Virus record (IMG/VR): IMGVR_UViG_3300037479_000242
Span: 1 to 37,936 of that record
Length of the DNA stretch: 37,936 nt
DNA from: a virus
Lineage: Duplodnaviria > Caudoviricetes
Direction: 5' to 3' (one strand)
The notes under the pieces are model-generated. The model was not told where the DNA came from, made no database searches, and saw only the letters and a program-made list of their open reading frames with translations. Below, piece after piece: positions 18,916 through 27,080 of the stretch; positions within the stretch are counted from its first letter, which is position 1, and every line of letters begins with the position of its first letter. The translations under genes were made by a program, and so were the position numbers.

Positions 18916-19421
18916 CAAGCAGCCTCTGGCACCTGCTCACGAACCACGCTCATAACGAGGGACAATTGCCTGCGCTTGCCATTGCGGACATCGCTCCAGA
19001 GTTGATTGCCGCGTGGTGTGTCAGGAATACGAATCACTGCCAAAGCACCGATCGGCAACACGCCTTTGGCATTGAGCACTTCAATAAGATCCGGGGTAAA
19101 AACGATTCCACCAACGACCTTCGCAACATCGAAATCGACGTGCATATCATCTGCACCGGCAGAAGCAGAACCGAGGAAATCATAAAATTTATCCTCGAAC
19201 GCCCTCAGCGCTTCTGGCGTATCGATTATGTCACCACCCGTATCTACTGGTGTTCGTCGCCCGTCAGGATGCAGCCTTATGCCACCAGAATCACGCGCAA
19301 GCGTGCCATCTGGTTTACGCGCTACATACGCCCAACCGATCACGAGGCGTCGATCACCACTATCAATGACCTTGGCCACATCGATAGTGTATCGAACATC
19401 CTCTTGACACTGCTCAGTCAC
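18915..19421 (-). CDS. XkdF-like prohead serine protease
   Basis: GTG after GGGAGGTG. RRLVIGWA, GDII, DDMH and LWSDVRNGKRRQLS match the XkdF-like pattern. Confidence 0.8.
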   Translation of the reverse strand: MTEQCQEDVRYTIDVAKVIDSGDRRLVIGWAYVARKPDGTLARDSGGIRLHPDGRRTPVDTGGDIIDTPEALRAFEDKFYDFLGSASAGADDMHVDFDVAKVVGGIVFTPDLIEVLNAKGVLPIGALAVIRIPDTPRGNQLWSDVRNGKRRQLSLVMSVVREQVPEAA

Positions 19422-19444
19422 GTAAAACGCACCTCCCGTACCAT

Positions 19445-19487
19445 AAACAAAAAGAGCGGGGCCCGGTTACCCGGACGCCGCCCTTTT
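19445..19487 (-). terminator. intrinsic terminator in the leader of the head operon
   Basis: Minus strand AAAAGGGCGGCGTCCGG-GTAA-CCGGGCCCCGCTCTTTTTGTTT: GC stem, GNRA loop and U-tract. Confidence 0.65.
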
Positions 19488-19520
19488 CGCGGTACAAGCG
19501 CCACTACCAATGTGAGGCGT

Positions 19521-19549
19521 CGTCTACATCAATTTGACAATGCTGTCAA
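19521..19549 (-). promoter_or_regulatory. putative leftward sigma70 promoter for the head/tail operon
   Basis: TTGACA-17 nt-TAGACG. The -35 lies within the palindrome TTGACA-ATGC-TGTCAA (19534-19549). Confidence 0.5.
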
Positions 19550-19620
19550 TACAAGCGGAGTTTGCCGCCGCGCCAGATTCGACGGTAGTCCCTTCGACAT
19601 GTCTTGCCGAAGTGTCCACA

Positions 19621-19664
19621 TGAGACAGTCCGTGAGACAGTCCGTGAGACAGTCCGTGAGACAG
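19621..19664. repeat. 12-bp tandem repeat (TGAGACAGTCCG)x3 + TGAGACAG
   Basis: Directly visible; intergenic between divergent transcription units. Confidence 0.95.
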
Positions 19665-19692
19665 AAAAATGAAGGCCCATGCCGCTTTTTTC

Positions 19693-19720
19693 TTGCTTTG
19701 CTAAGCGGCTTTGCTAGACT
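19693..19720 (+). promoter_or_regulatory. rightward promoter (extended -10) for a leaderless HNH transcript
   Basis: TTGCTT-16 nt-TAGACT with TGn. The ATG begins 7 nt after the -10 and there is no SD. Confidence 0.55.
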
Positions 19721-19726
19721 CTGATT

Positions 19727-20170
19727 ATGACGAAGAGCCAAACACGAAAAAGCAAAGCGCAGGGAATGAATTGGATCCGCCCCGCGAAGCGGCTCGCGAT
19801 ATACATGCGCGACGGGCTTGCATGCGCGTACTGCGGCGGGACGATCGAGGACGGCTGCGTCCTCACCCTCGATCACATTACCCCCCTGTCGCGCCGCGGC
19901 TCGAACAACGAGCGCAACCTCGTCACTGCATGCCTGCGCTGCAACAGCTCGCGCGGCAATCGCGGGCTGGAGGCATTCTGTCGCGCTGCTGCAGCGTACC
20001 TGAACCACGGCGTGCGGCCAGCAAAAATCATCAATTTCGTCCGCACGACCAGCCGCCGGCGGCTTGACCTGGCCGCCGCAAAAGCATTGATTGCGCGGCG
20101 CGGTGGATTTGTCGCCGCATGCCGCACGGCAGCCGGACTGAAAGCTGGGCCGGCAGGGAGAGAAGGATGA
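19727..20170 (+). CDS. HNH endonuclease
   Basis: RDGLACAYCG...LTLDHITPLSRRGSNNERNLVTACLRCN. Confidence 0.9.
   Translation: MTKSQTRKSKAQGMNWIRPAKRLAIYMRDGLACAYCGGTIEDGCVLTLDHITPLSRRGSNNERNLVTACLRCNSSRGNRGLEAFCRAAAAYLNHGVRPAKIINFVRTTSRRRLDLAAAKALIARRGGFVAACRTAAGLKAGPAGREG
20128..20154 (+). repeat. 27-bp direct repeat, copy 1 (GGCAGCCGGACTGAAAGCTGGGCCGGC)
   Basis: Identical to 31623-31649; both copies are followed by an AGGGAGAG RBS and ATGAA. Confidence 0.95.
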
Positions 20171-20313
20171 AAATCGAGGACGCAGAGGAGCGGTGGGAAA
20201 GTTGTGACCTCCCCGAAGACGGGGAGGATCACGTTGCGTGCTGCACATGCGGCACGCATATCCCGGTGGACGAAGCCAGCGAGCAGGGGCTTTGTCGCGA
20301 ATGCGAGCCCTGA
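20167..20313 (+). CDS. small acidic zinc-finger protein
   Basis: ATGA overlap with the HNH gene and GGGAG RBS; CCTCG...LCREC. Confidence 0.6.
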   Translation: MKIEDAEERWESCDLPEDGEDHVACCTCGTHIPVDEASEQGLCRECEP

Positions 20314-20430
20314 CTGCGCGGTGGGAGTGTTGAGGCAATCCCCTACACTGCTGGCCGTCTGGAAGAGCCCCTGGGGCGCGGTGCTCGGCGCCGAGGCGCG
20401 CGCATCACGAAGATAATCGAAGAAGCTCTC

Positions 20431-20589
20431 GTGATTCCATCTACCTGCCCCACCCACGGCCGCCCTCTGATCTGCCCCGCGTGCATCGGGGCCAAGGGCG
20501 GCAAGGTAAAGTCAAACCGCAAAACGCGGGCGGTCCGACGCAACGCGAAGCGACCACGGAAGCGGCAGACAAAAGGAGAGCAGCAATGA
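20431..20589 (+). CDS. small basic protein with CxxH...CxxC and KGG-type tail
   Basis: Not in the ORF track (52 aa, GTG start): MIPSTCPTHGRPLICPACIGAKGGKVKSNRKTRAVRRNAKRPRKRQTKGEQQ. The start is uncertain. Confidence 0.55.
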   Translation: MIPSTCPTHGRPLICPACIGAKGGKVKSNRKTRAVRRNAKRPRKRQTKGEQQ

Positions 20590-20593
20590 AGAA
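20558..20593 (+). repeat. 36-bp direct repeat, copy 1 (RBS + start)
   Basis: GGAAGCGGCAGACAAAAGGAGAGCAGCAATGAAGAA, 1 mismatch to 21453-21488. Confidence 0.9.
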
Positions 20594-20646
20594 AGAGCTC
20601 ATGCGCTATCAGGCAAGATAAGCGCCGGGTTCGTGAAGGAGGAGAC

Positions 20647-21450
20647 ATGAACAACACGGCAATCAACTGGACGCAATACACCTGGAACCCAGCCTCAGGC
20701 TGCGAGGTGATCACCGAGGGCTGTAAATATTGCTACGCAAAAACCCTCGCAGAAAACCGACGTGGCACACCGGCATTCCCTAACGGCTTCGACCTCACGA
20801 TTCGACCGCATAAGCTCAACGAGCCGCTGAAGCTCAAGCGGCCGAGCCTGATCTTCGTCAACTCGATGAGCGACCTCTTCTGGGAGAAACTCCCGGAGGA
20901 CTACCGCGACCAGATCATCGACGTCATCGAAGCCACCCCGCAGCATCAGTACCAAGTGCTGACGAAGCGCCCGGAACGAATGCTCGCCTATTCGCAGCGC
21001 CGGAAGCTGCCGCCGAACTTCTGGGCCGGCGCAACCATCGAATCGAACCGGCATGCTGGTCGCGCAGACTTGCTTCGGCAGATCGCTGTGCCGATCCGAT
21101 TCATCAGCGCGGAACCGATTCTCGACGACCTTACCCAGCTCGACCTTGCCGGCATTCAATGGCTCATAACGGGCGGGGAGAGCGGGCTGCACTTGCGCGA
21201 TGCTTCAATCCGCGCTCGACGTGGGCTAGCTGAGCCAATCAACGGCAAGTGGCAACCACGCAGTGATCGATATCATTGGATCACGCAGCTTGTCGACGCA
21301 ACACGCCTGAGCGGCACCGCCATGTGGCACAAACAATGGGGGGGCCCTACGCCCCACTCGGCAGGTCGGCTGGTGGACGGTCGGACGTGGGATGAGATGC
21401 CAACAACACCGCTGCCCAGTACATCACAGACCCTCGCAACGGTGACCTGA
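20647..21450 (+). CDS. phage Gp37/Gp68 family protein (DUF5131, radical-SAM-like)
   Basis: INWTQYTWNPASGCEVITEGCKYCYA, IFVNSMSDLF, YQVLTKRPER, FISAEP, WLITGGESG, KQWGG, GRTWDEMP. Confidence 0.93.
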   Translation: MNNTAINWTQYTWNPASGCEVITEGCKYCYAKTLAENRRGTPAFPNGFDLTIRPHKLNEPLKLKRPSLIFVNSMSDLFWEKLPEDYRDQIIDVIEATPQHQYQVLTKRPERMLAYSQRRKLPPNFWAGATIESNRHAGRADLLRQIAVPIRFISAEPILDDLTQLDLAGIQWLITGGESGLHLRDASIRARRGLAEPINGKWQPRSDRYHWITQLVDATRLSGTAMWHKQWGGPTPHSAGRLVDGRTWDEMPTTPLPSTSQTLATVT

Positions 21451-21452
21451 CT

Positions 21453-21488
21453 GGAAGCGGCAGAAAAAAGGAGAGCAGCAATGAAGAA
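21453..21488 (+). repeat. 36-bp direct repeat, copy 2
   Basis: GGAAGCGGCAGAAAAAAGGAGAGCAGCAATGAAGAA. Confidence 0.9.
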
Positions 21489-21876
21489 GACGCAAGTCGA
21501 AATCGGTGCTACATACATCGCCAAGGTCAGCGGCATGAGGGCCTTGTCCATTCGTCAGCCTTGGGGCTCCCTAATTGTGAAGGGCTACAAGGATGTTGAA
21601 AACCGCACCTGGCGTACGAGTTATCGAGGGCCACTACTCATTCATGCCGCATTGCGGTTGGACCCTAAGGGTTTCGAATTCGCGCACAGTCTCGGAATTG
21701 ATATTCTGCCCGAGGATTGCCCGCGCGGCGGGATCATCGGTATGGCCGAGCTTGTTGACTGCGTTACTCACCACCCCTCGGCGTGGTGGCGTGGTCCGTT
21801 CGCATTCGTCCTTGCCAACGTTGAACAATTACCCTTCAGGCCGCTCCGAGGTCGTTTGGGTATTTTTCCCGCATGA
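21481..21876 (+). CDS. ASCH domain protein
   Basis: ALSIRQPW...GYKDVENRTWRTSYRGPLLIHA...GGIIG...RGRLGIF. Confidence 0.92.
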   Translation: MKKTQVEIGATYIAKVSGMRALSIRQPWGSLIVKGYKDVENRTWRTSYRGPLLIHAALRLDPKGFEFAHSLGIDILPEDCPRGGIIGMAELVDCVTHHPSAWWRGPFAFVLANVEQLPFRPLRGRLGIFPA

Positions 21877-22332
21877 ACTGCAACAACGTTTATTGCCGTA
21901 CCAGAAATCGCCACAATGACCGCAGTGGTGAACCCTGCAACGTGTTGCTAGCCCGCTTGCCGCCACCGAGAGTAAATTAAAACTTGGCACGCTAGGTACA
22001 CCCAAGTCAACATTGGAGCGTACCACAATGTCAACACGCCCAGCGAACTCCGCCAACAAGGCCCGCATGGGCTGCGGGTCACTGACCGAGTACCAGGCGT
22101 GTACGACCAAAAAGCCTACATGGTCGCACTCGATCAACCAATCCACGCAACGCTCGATACCGCGTGGCCACTTCCCACCACTTAGATCAATTGCGTAGCG
22201 TAGTTCGGGAATGGCGTCCATTGTAGCCATCATTAAGCCTGCACCAGTGGCTAGCAACATGCCCTTTCCGTGCCGTCCATAATCGATGACGGGAACCTGA
22301 TGCATGCGAATTATTTGCTCTGCTGAGATCAC
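21829..22332 (-). CDS. hypothetical protein with C-terminal Zn ribbon
   Basis: GTG 22332 just after the ABC-GNAT stop; CGHC...CSSC; convergent overlap with ASCH. Confidence 0.55.
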   Translation of the reverse strand: MISAEQIIRMHQVPVIDYGRHGKGMLLATGAGLMMATMDAIPELRYAIDLSGGKWPRGIERCVDWLIECDHVGFLVVHAWYSVSDPQPMRALLAEFAGRVDIVVRSNVDLGVPSVPSFNLLSVAASGLATRCRVHHCGHCGDFWYGNKRCCSSCGKNTQTTSERPEG

Positions 22333-22342
22333 GTGTGATCGA

Positions 22343-23455
22343 TCACGCCGTGAAACTAAGTGCAGCGGCTTTGTCCTCCCAGGGCGGACCAATGTATTCC
22401 CAGGATGATGTCAAGCGGTTGAACGCATGGGCTATCCGTCGACTACCCCCGTCCATTCCAGCTAATCCCATCGCGCGGCGCATTCTCCAAAGTTCCGGAT
22501 GCCGTTTGCGGTATGCAATAAACGACGGATGCGACGTGGTGTTGATTACGCGGCATCCCGTTGCCCGATACGCACCGGCAATAGTCTCAACAAGGACATT
22601 CCCAATCCCCAAACCCTGAAAGTCTGGCAGGACCACCGTTCGAGTGGCCCTCCGAATCCGGTGGTGCGTATGACCCACAAATGCCAGCCAGGCAGAAAAC
22701 GCAACGGGCCGATTCTCAATCCATGCACAGTAACAGTGTGCACTTCGGTTCAACCTTCCGCTTAAATAATGATGGTGTGCGAAAAGTTTCCACGACGAAT
22801 AATGCACTCGTGCAATTTCGAGTTTGATGGGAGGCCGTCCTTGAAGGGACCTCCAAACGAACTGCTGGTCTGGTAACCGGTAGACCCAATCGGGTTGCAG
22901 CCACTCTTCAATGTCTTCATGACACGTTATCGCAATTAGTTTTTGGCCGCGTCGTCTTACCACTTTTGCAATCGCAAAACTCCCTATCCGTGCAACCTGC
23001 CGATCCACAACGCTAGTAAACTCGTCCACTACCGCAAGCTCCGGCAGCTCCGCAAGCAAGCGCGCCATTGTGACACGAAACTGTTCTCCGTAACTCAATA
23101 CACTATACGGCCGCAGCCACGAAGGTGGGCTTGAAAATCCCACCGCACTAAGAAGTGCCACGATGTCCTTAATGGATAGCGTGGCAGGAAATGCATCAAC
23201 GATACTGCGGTCGGTCGGCCAATCGAACTGTCTATCCATAAGATCTGGCCATACTCGGCGAGCGATCGTGGTTTTGCCACTGCCTGATGGACCCACGATC
23301 AGTCCAACATTCCACGGCTTCTCCTCCAGCGGCAGATTCACGGTCCACCTTAACTCTACACGGTCGGCCGGCGGAACATCAAACATTCCCTCTAGTTGAA
23401 TAACTCGTGCCGTACGAATGATTGGACTCCCAATCACGATATCAACGCTCGGCAT
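22343..23455 (-). CDS. ABC-type ATPase fused to GNAT acetyltransferase (predicted DNA-modification enzyme)
   Basis: Walker A GPSGSGKT, signature LSYGEQFR, Walker B VVDEF, H-loop ITCH; GNAT motif A RTVVLPDFQGLGIG; no transmembrane segments. Confidence 0.88.
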   Translation of the reverse strand: MPSVDIVIGSPIIRTARVIQLEGMFDVPPADRVELRWTVNLPLEEKPWNVGLIVGPSGSGKTTIARRVWPDLMDRQFDWPTDRSIVDAFPATLSIKDIVALLSAVGFSSPPSWLRPYSVLSYGEQFRVTMARLLAELPELAVVDEFTSVVDRQVARIGSFAIAKVVRRRGQKLIAITCHEDIEEWLQPDWVYRLPDQQFVWRSLQGRPPIKLEIARVHYSSWKLFAHHHYLSGRLNRSAHCYCAWIENRPVAFSAWLAFVGHTHHRIRRATRTVVLPDFQGLGIGNVLVETIAGAYRATGCRVINTTSHPSFIAYRKRHPELWRMRRAMGLAGMDGGSRRIAHAFNRLTSSWEYIGPPWEDKAAALSFTA

Positions 23456-23967
23456 ACGAACCCTTCCACCGACAATCGCTCAATCAATCGCAACTGTTCG
23501 GTTTCACTGATACAGGTTACAACAACAAGAAATTGTGATGTCGGTTCAGATACTTGCCGCGCATCCACAGGAAACATTTGCCCCAGCAATGTTTTCACTT
23601 CAGCGGCATCAAATATCCCGTCCAGACTCACCAGTTTCAGCTCCTTCAACACATTCAGATCCCACTCTGCCAACTCCGCCGTCCGGTTATCGTACAGAGC
23701 AAGCCGCGTCTTCTGCTCCGGCGTCAGCCCGGTTCGTCGAACAGCGACGATCTCCTTGCCGTCAGTCTCGATGACACGTACACGCTCGATGCCAGCTGCG
23801 CTCGCCGCCTCAATGGTCGCATTGCCCGCTAGCACAGTGCCGTTTTCGTCGATTACGATGGAGCGCGCTGCGCCAACCTCGCGCAACGCTTGCTCAATCA
23901 TGCCGATATTGCGAGGCGTGTGTTTTCTCGCGTTCTTTGAATCGGGCTTCAGGTTGGTAAGCTTCAT
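23434..23967 (-). CDS. ParB-like N-terminal domain protein
   Basis: LKPDSKNARKH, SIVIDENGTVLAGN, LALYDNRTAELAEWD; ATG at 23967. Confidence 0.85.
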   Translation of the reverse strand: MKLTNLKPDSKNARKHTPRNIGMIEQALREVGAARSIVIDENGTVLAGNATIEAASAAGIERVRVIETDGKEIVAVRRTGLTPEQKTRLALYDNRTAELAEWDLNVLKELKLVSLDGIFDAAEVKTLLGQMFPVDARQVSEPTSQFLVVVTCISETEQLRLIERLSVEGFVCRALIS

Positions 23968-24001
23968 GCAGTTTGCACTATCGACCAAGCGCAATATGTC
24001 A

Positions 24002-24208
24002 TCAGAATGGAGGCTCAGCAATTCGCTTAACACCCAGCTGTTCACGAAAATCCGCAAACACCTTGCCCCCCTCATTGCAGCGAAAGCTCAACTCAAAGGC
24101 TGACGTATTCTCCAAGCGGTCCTCGATTTCAATGATCCATTGGAGCATTACTGATGCGCGTCTGCCAAGGGTATGGGCATGTCCATCGAGAACGACTGTG
24201 GCAATCAT
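24002..24208 (-). CDS. hypothetical protein
   Basis: ATGA overlap with the minor head gene stop; GAGAGG RBS. Confidence 0.55.
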   Translation of the reverse strand: MIATVVLDGHAHTLGRRASVMLQWIIEIEDRLENTSAFELSFRCNEGGKVFADFREQLGVKRIAEPPF

Positions 24209-25068
24209 GCCGCCTCTCGTCTGCCCTGTGGTCGCAACACCACTACACACCGACACGATGGATGCAACGGTGGCTCAGCATCGTCGGGAAATGATTCGTC
24301 CATACCGACCTCAACGCCATCAAGCTGCGCGCAATCCTCATCGGTGGCAGAGTCATTGACAGCAATCCACACGCGCGTTGCCTCATCACGCTCAAACAAG
24401 CCCTGGTCGGCCGCCTGTTCCCATGCTTCACGAATTCCCGCATTACCAGCAATCGATGCCTCGGTGCGTGCAATCATGAGCGCGCGCACTTGAATCAGCT
24501 CCCGTGCATAGCGTGCCAATCGTGCATCGATTGTTGATTGCGCTATTCCCTGTGCTGCCAACTCTGCACCGCGGTTCATGACCGCTCGGGCATGAGGCTC
24601 CGTTAAACCAACGAGCGGTTTGATTAGCCGGGCCGTACGGACAGCCGCAAGACCCTGACGCTGCGCTTCAACGAGAACATGCCGCACACCCTCCCGCGTA
24701 CCATTACTGATGTTTGTGATTCGTTCTCCTCCGGCCCGCTCGAGGAATGCCAACGCACGCCTGTCGGTGATACTGAAAGAGGCATCAAACGGCAACAATC
24801 GCGCCGCTGCCCGTCCTGATTCTTCATATACGTCGCGCACATTGCGTACGAACTGATCCCGCAATACCGGTTCGGCAATCTCCTCCCAGGGCACGGCGCG
24901 CGCCGCGTCAGCAAGATCGCCTTCGAGAAGCGCGCGCTGCACCTCGGCCGTGCTCACCGCCTGTCGTGTTCGCGCAATGGCGGTAAGCACCGCGCGGCGT
25001 AGTTCGGGTTCCGCGCGCGTTGCAATGCGATGCACAGCGCGCCACTGACGTTCACGCGGGAGCGCCAT
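24205..25068 (-). CDS. minor head protein (Mu gpF/SPP1 gp7 family)
   Basis: RALMIARTEA, CAQLDG, PPLHPSCRC; downstream of the portal gene. Confidence 0.9.
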   Translation of the reverse strand: MALPRERQWRAVHRIATRAEPELRRAVLTAIARTRQAVSTAEVQRALLEGDLADAARAVPWEEIAEPVLRDQFVRNVRDVYEESGRAAARLLPFDASFSITDRRALAFLERAGGERITNISNGTREGVRHVLVEAQRQGLAAVRTARLIKPLVGLTEPHARAVMNRGAELAAQGIAQSTIDARLARYARELIQVRALMIARTEASIAGNAGIREAWEQAADQGLFERDEATRVWIAVNDSATDEDCAQLDGVEVGMDESFPDDAEPPLHPSCRCVVVLRPQGRREAA

Positions 25069-25255
25069 CGTTCCAACATGTGAGACGCACTACACGACGC
25101 GATATCAAATACGGTTCAAGCGCAGCCGACTCTTGTAGCGCAACCGCGCATGAGGCCTTGTCTGCAAACGGACCGACGGCCGTGAAACGGACGCCGTCAT
25201 GGGCGACGGACAAAAATCCGAACCACCACGCCATCATCCCAATGCACCATTTCAT
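25052..25255 (-). CDS. small hypothetical protein, possibly exported
   Basis: GAGGAGG RBS and ATGA overlap with the portal stop; hydrophobic N-terminus; GPF...C...C. Confidence 0.6.
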   Translation of the reverse strand: MKWCIGMMAWWFGFLSVAHDGVRFTAVGPFADKASCAVALQESAALEPYLISRRVVRLTCWNDGAPA

Positions 25256-26640
25256 AGGCGCCCTCCTCGCAACTCAGCACGAATCATGCGGGCTAACGGC
25301 TGACGTTTTCCCACTTCTCCCTCTCCCTCATCCTGCTCGATCGGTAGACCTGCGTATCCGAGTAACCGATTGAGCAACGGACCCTCCATAAAGAGAGGCG
25401 ACAGCGCATTAGCGTTAGCAAGCGCGGTGATGTATTGCCCTAACTCTTGTAAATTCGGTGTCTCGATATCGCCCCGCTTGAGGGTTGGCATGGCGGTCAC
25501 ATTAAGCCCGTTCAGTCGGATCAGGCGCGGAATCGCATGTCGATTGAACGTCGCCAACAACGCATCGTAATAGCCGGCCAGCGCCAATGCAAATACCGAC
25601 GTGCGGGCTGACACGAGTGCAAACGAACCAACGTTCTCGTGTCCGAGGAACAGGAAATCCGCGAACATGCTCATTGCCATCTCACGCGATAGCCGAGTGA
25701 TCGTAGCTTGAATGTCTGAGCGACCACGACCCGGAGACGTTAGCAACGATAGATCGAACAGAAGCTGCCCACTGTCCGGATCCCGATCACTCGGGATAAG
25801 TGCACATTCCTGCTCATCACGTTTGAGATTGCGTCCCATCCTGCGAAGTGCATCGCGCGTCGCCGCCTTTTCACCGGTTGCGGAATCTGAAAGCACATCT
25901 GCCGGCGCACGAAGCACGGGCAGGCCAGTTAGGTCTCTATCGGTGCCAATGACCTCGATCTCGCGTAGGCGACGCACGAAAAAATAATTGATGAAAGCAT
26001 TGCGAAGAATCGAACGGCCTTCGGGGTTGCCACGATTTGCCTGCGTGCGGAATAGCAGTGCGCGCTCGATGGGGATGAAACGCAAAACATAATCCGGTGC
26101 CGGACGCTGCCACATGCCCTGCACCCCGCCCGTATCGTCTAACTCCCAGCGATCGAGAGATTCCTGCGCACGCGGTGCGAATTTCCGCCACCCAATCAAC
26201 CCGTCGTTGTAACGTGAATTGCGAGTTGGATCGCGGCTCTCACCCTCACGCCGCTTGTAGACGATCTCTGAATAATCCCACCCAAACGGTAAGAACGTGA
26301 GCCATTCGGACAACGTGTCGGACCAAGTCAGACTCATATCATCGAGGGCTGTAGTCACGAGCATCTTGGCGCGCTCATCGTCCTGTGTACTGCCGCTCGT
26401 TTCGACCCAGACAGAGACGCGGCGCATATATTGCAGAATAGTTTGCCCAGCGGCGCCGATAATCGGATCGTTGTCCCACATCTCGCGAAACATTTTGCGG
26501 CCGCGCTCGTCACGCAGCTCGCGCAGAAACTCCTGCGTCACGCGGCCCTGCCAGTGCTCCAGGCCCGAGGCACCGATTTCCGTAAATGGGTTAGGGGGCG
26601 TTGGTTGTTGCTTCAATGCGCGTACCTTGCCGTTACTCAC
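25252..26640 (-). CDS. portal protein (DUF935/Mu gp29-like)
   Basis: GTG 26640 follows AAAGGAGGTG. Motifs FGWDYSEIVYK, NPEGRSILR, GSFAL, NRHAIPRLIRLN. Confidence 0.9.
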   Translation of the reverse strand: MSNGKVRALKQQPTPPNPFTEIGASGLEHWQGRVTQEFLRELRDERGRKMFREMWDNDPIIGAAGQTILQYMRRVSVWVETSGSTQDDERAKMLVTTALDDMSLTWSDTLSEWLTFLPFGWDYSEIVYKRREGESRDPTRNSRYNDGLIGWRKFAPRAQESLDRWELDDTGGVQGMWQRPAPDYVLRFIPIERALLFRTQANRGNPEGRSILRNAFINYFFVRRLREIEVIGTDRDLTGLPVLRAPADVLSDSATGEKAATRDALRRMGRNLKRDEQECALIPSDRDPDSGQLLFDLSLLTSPGRGRSDIQATITRLSREMAMSMFADFLFLGHENVGSFALVSARTSVFALALAGYYDALLATFNRHAIPRLIRLNGLNVTAMPTLKRGDIETPNLQELGQYITALANANALSPLFMEGPLLNRLLGYAGLPIEQDEGEGEVGKRQPLARMIRAELRGGRL

Positions 26641-27080
26641 GTCGTCACCTCCTTTCTCAATGTGAATGTGCCGGCCGCTAGGCGCCACACGCGACTATCC
26701 GATGTACGGGTGATCTCCAGGTCCCATATTATACGCAGCCATCCCGTATATGCAGCAGTGTGTGTGGCCGTCCGTACAATCGTGATATTCGGCGCAATAG
26801 CCGCCAGCGTTATGCCATCACTGTTGGAAAGCGATATTACTGTGCTCGCGCTGGTAAATGTTTGTCTCGCCTTAAGCACAGCGGTGTATCCGGTGCTAAG
26901 ATCCAGCACGGCTTGCGTTTCGTCTTTCCACGTGATTGGCAGCGCAAGCGTAGCGCCTTGCGTGATCGGAATATCACCGAGCCATGCGGCAATTAGCGTT
27001 GGTGTGAATGTTTGAATTGTCACACCGTCGGCCGTCCACTCAATCCGAGATTCAAGACTTTGAGCTTTCTCGTAGGACAT
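26637..27080 (-). CDS. BppU-N-like Ig-fold virion/adaptor protein
   Basis: ATG 27080 (TAATG overlap). ITQGAT...LDLSTGYTAVLKAR...WDLEI...VWRLAAGTFTLRKEVT is a pattern common in phage tail adaptors. Confidence 0.7.
   Translation of the reverse strand: MSYEKAQSLESRIEWTADGVTIQTFTPTLIAAWLGDIPITQGATLALPITWKDETQAVLDLSTGYTAVLKARQTFTSASTVISLSNSDGITLAAIAPNITIVRTATHTAAYTGWLRIIWDLEITRTSDSRVWRLAAGTFTLRKEVTT

Noticed and set aside
19621-19664. CRISPR array
   Set aside because: These are 12-bp contiguous repeats with no unique spacers, and there are no cas genes.
20311-20430. TGA readthrough or recoding joining 20167..20313 to 20431..20589 (same frame, open between)
   Set aside because: TGA is a normal stop for many genes here, and an open 39-codon GC-rich gap can occur by chance. 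A 1-nt indel into the 20204..20416 frame is equally possible.
22343-23455. ABC transporter
   Set aside because: There is no permease or substrate-binding gene, and the ATPase is fused to a GNAT domain.
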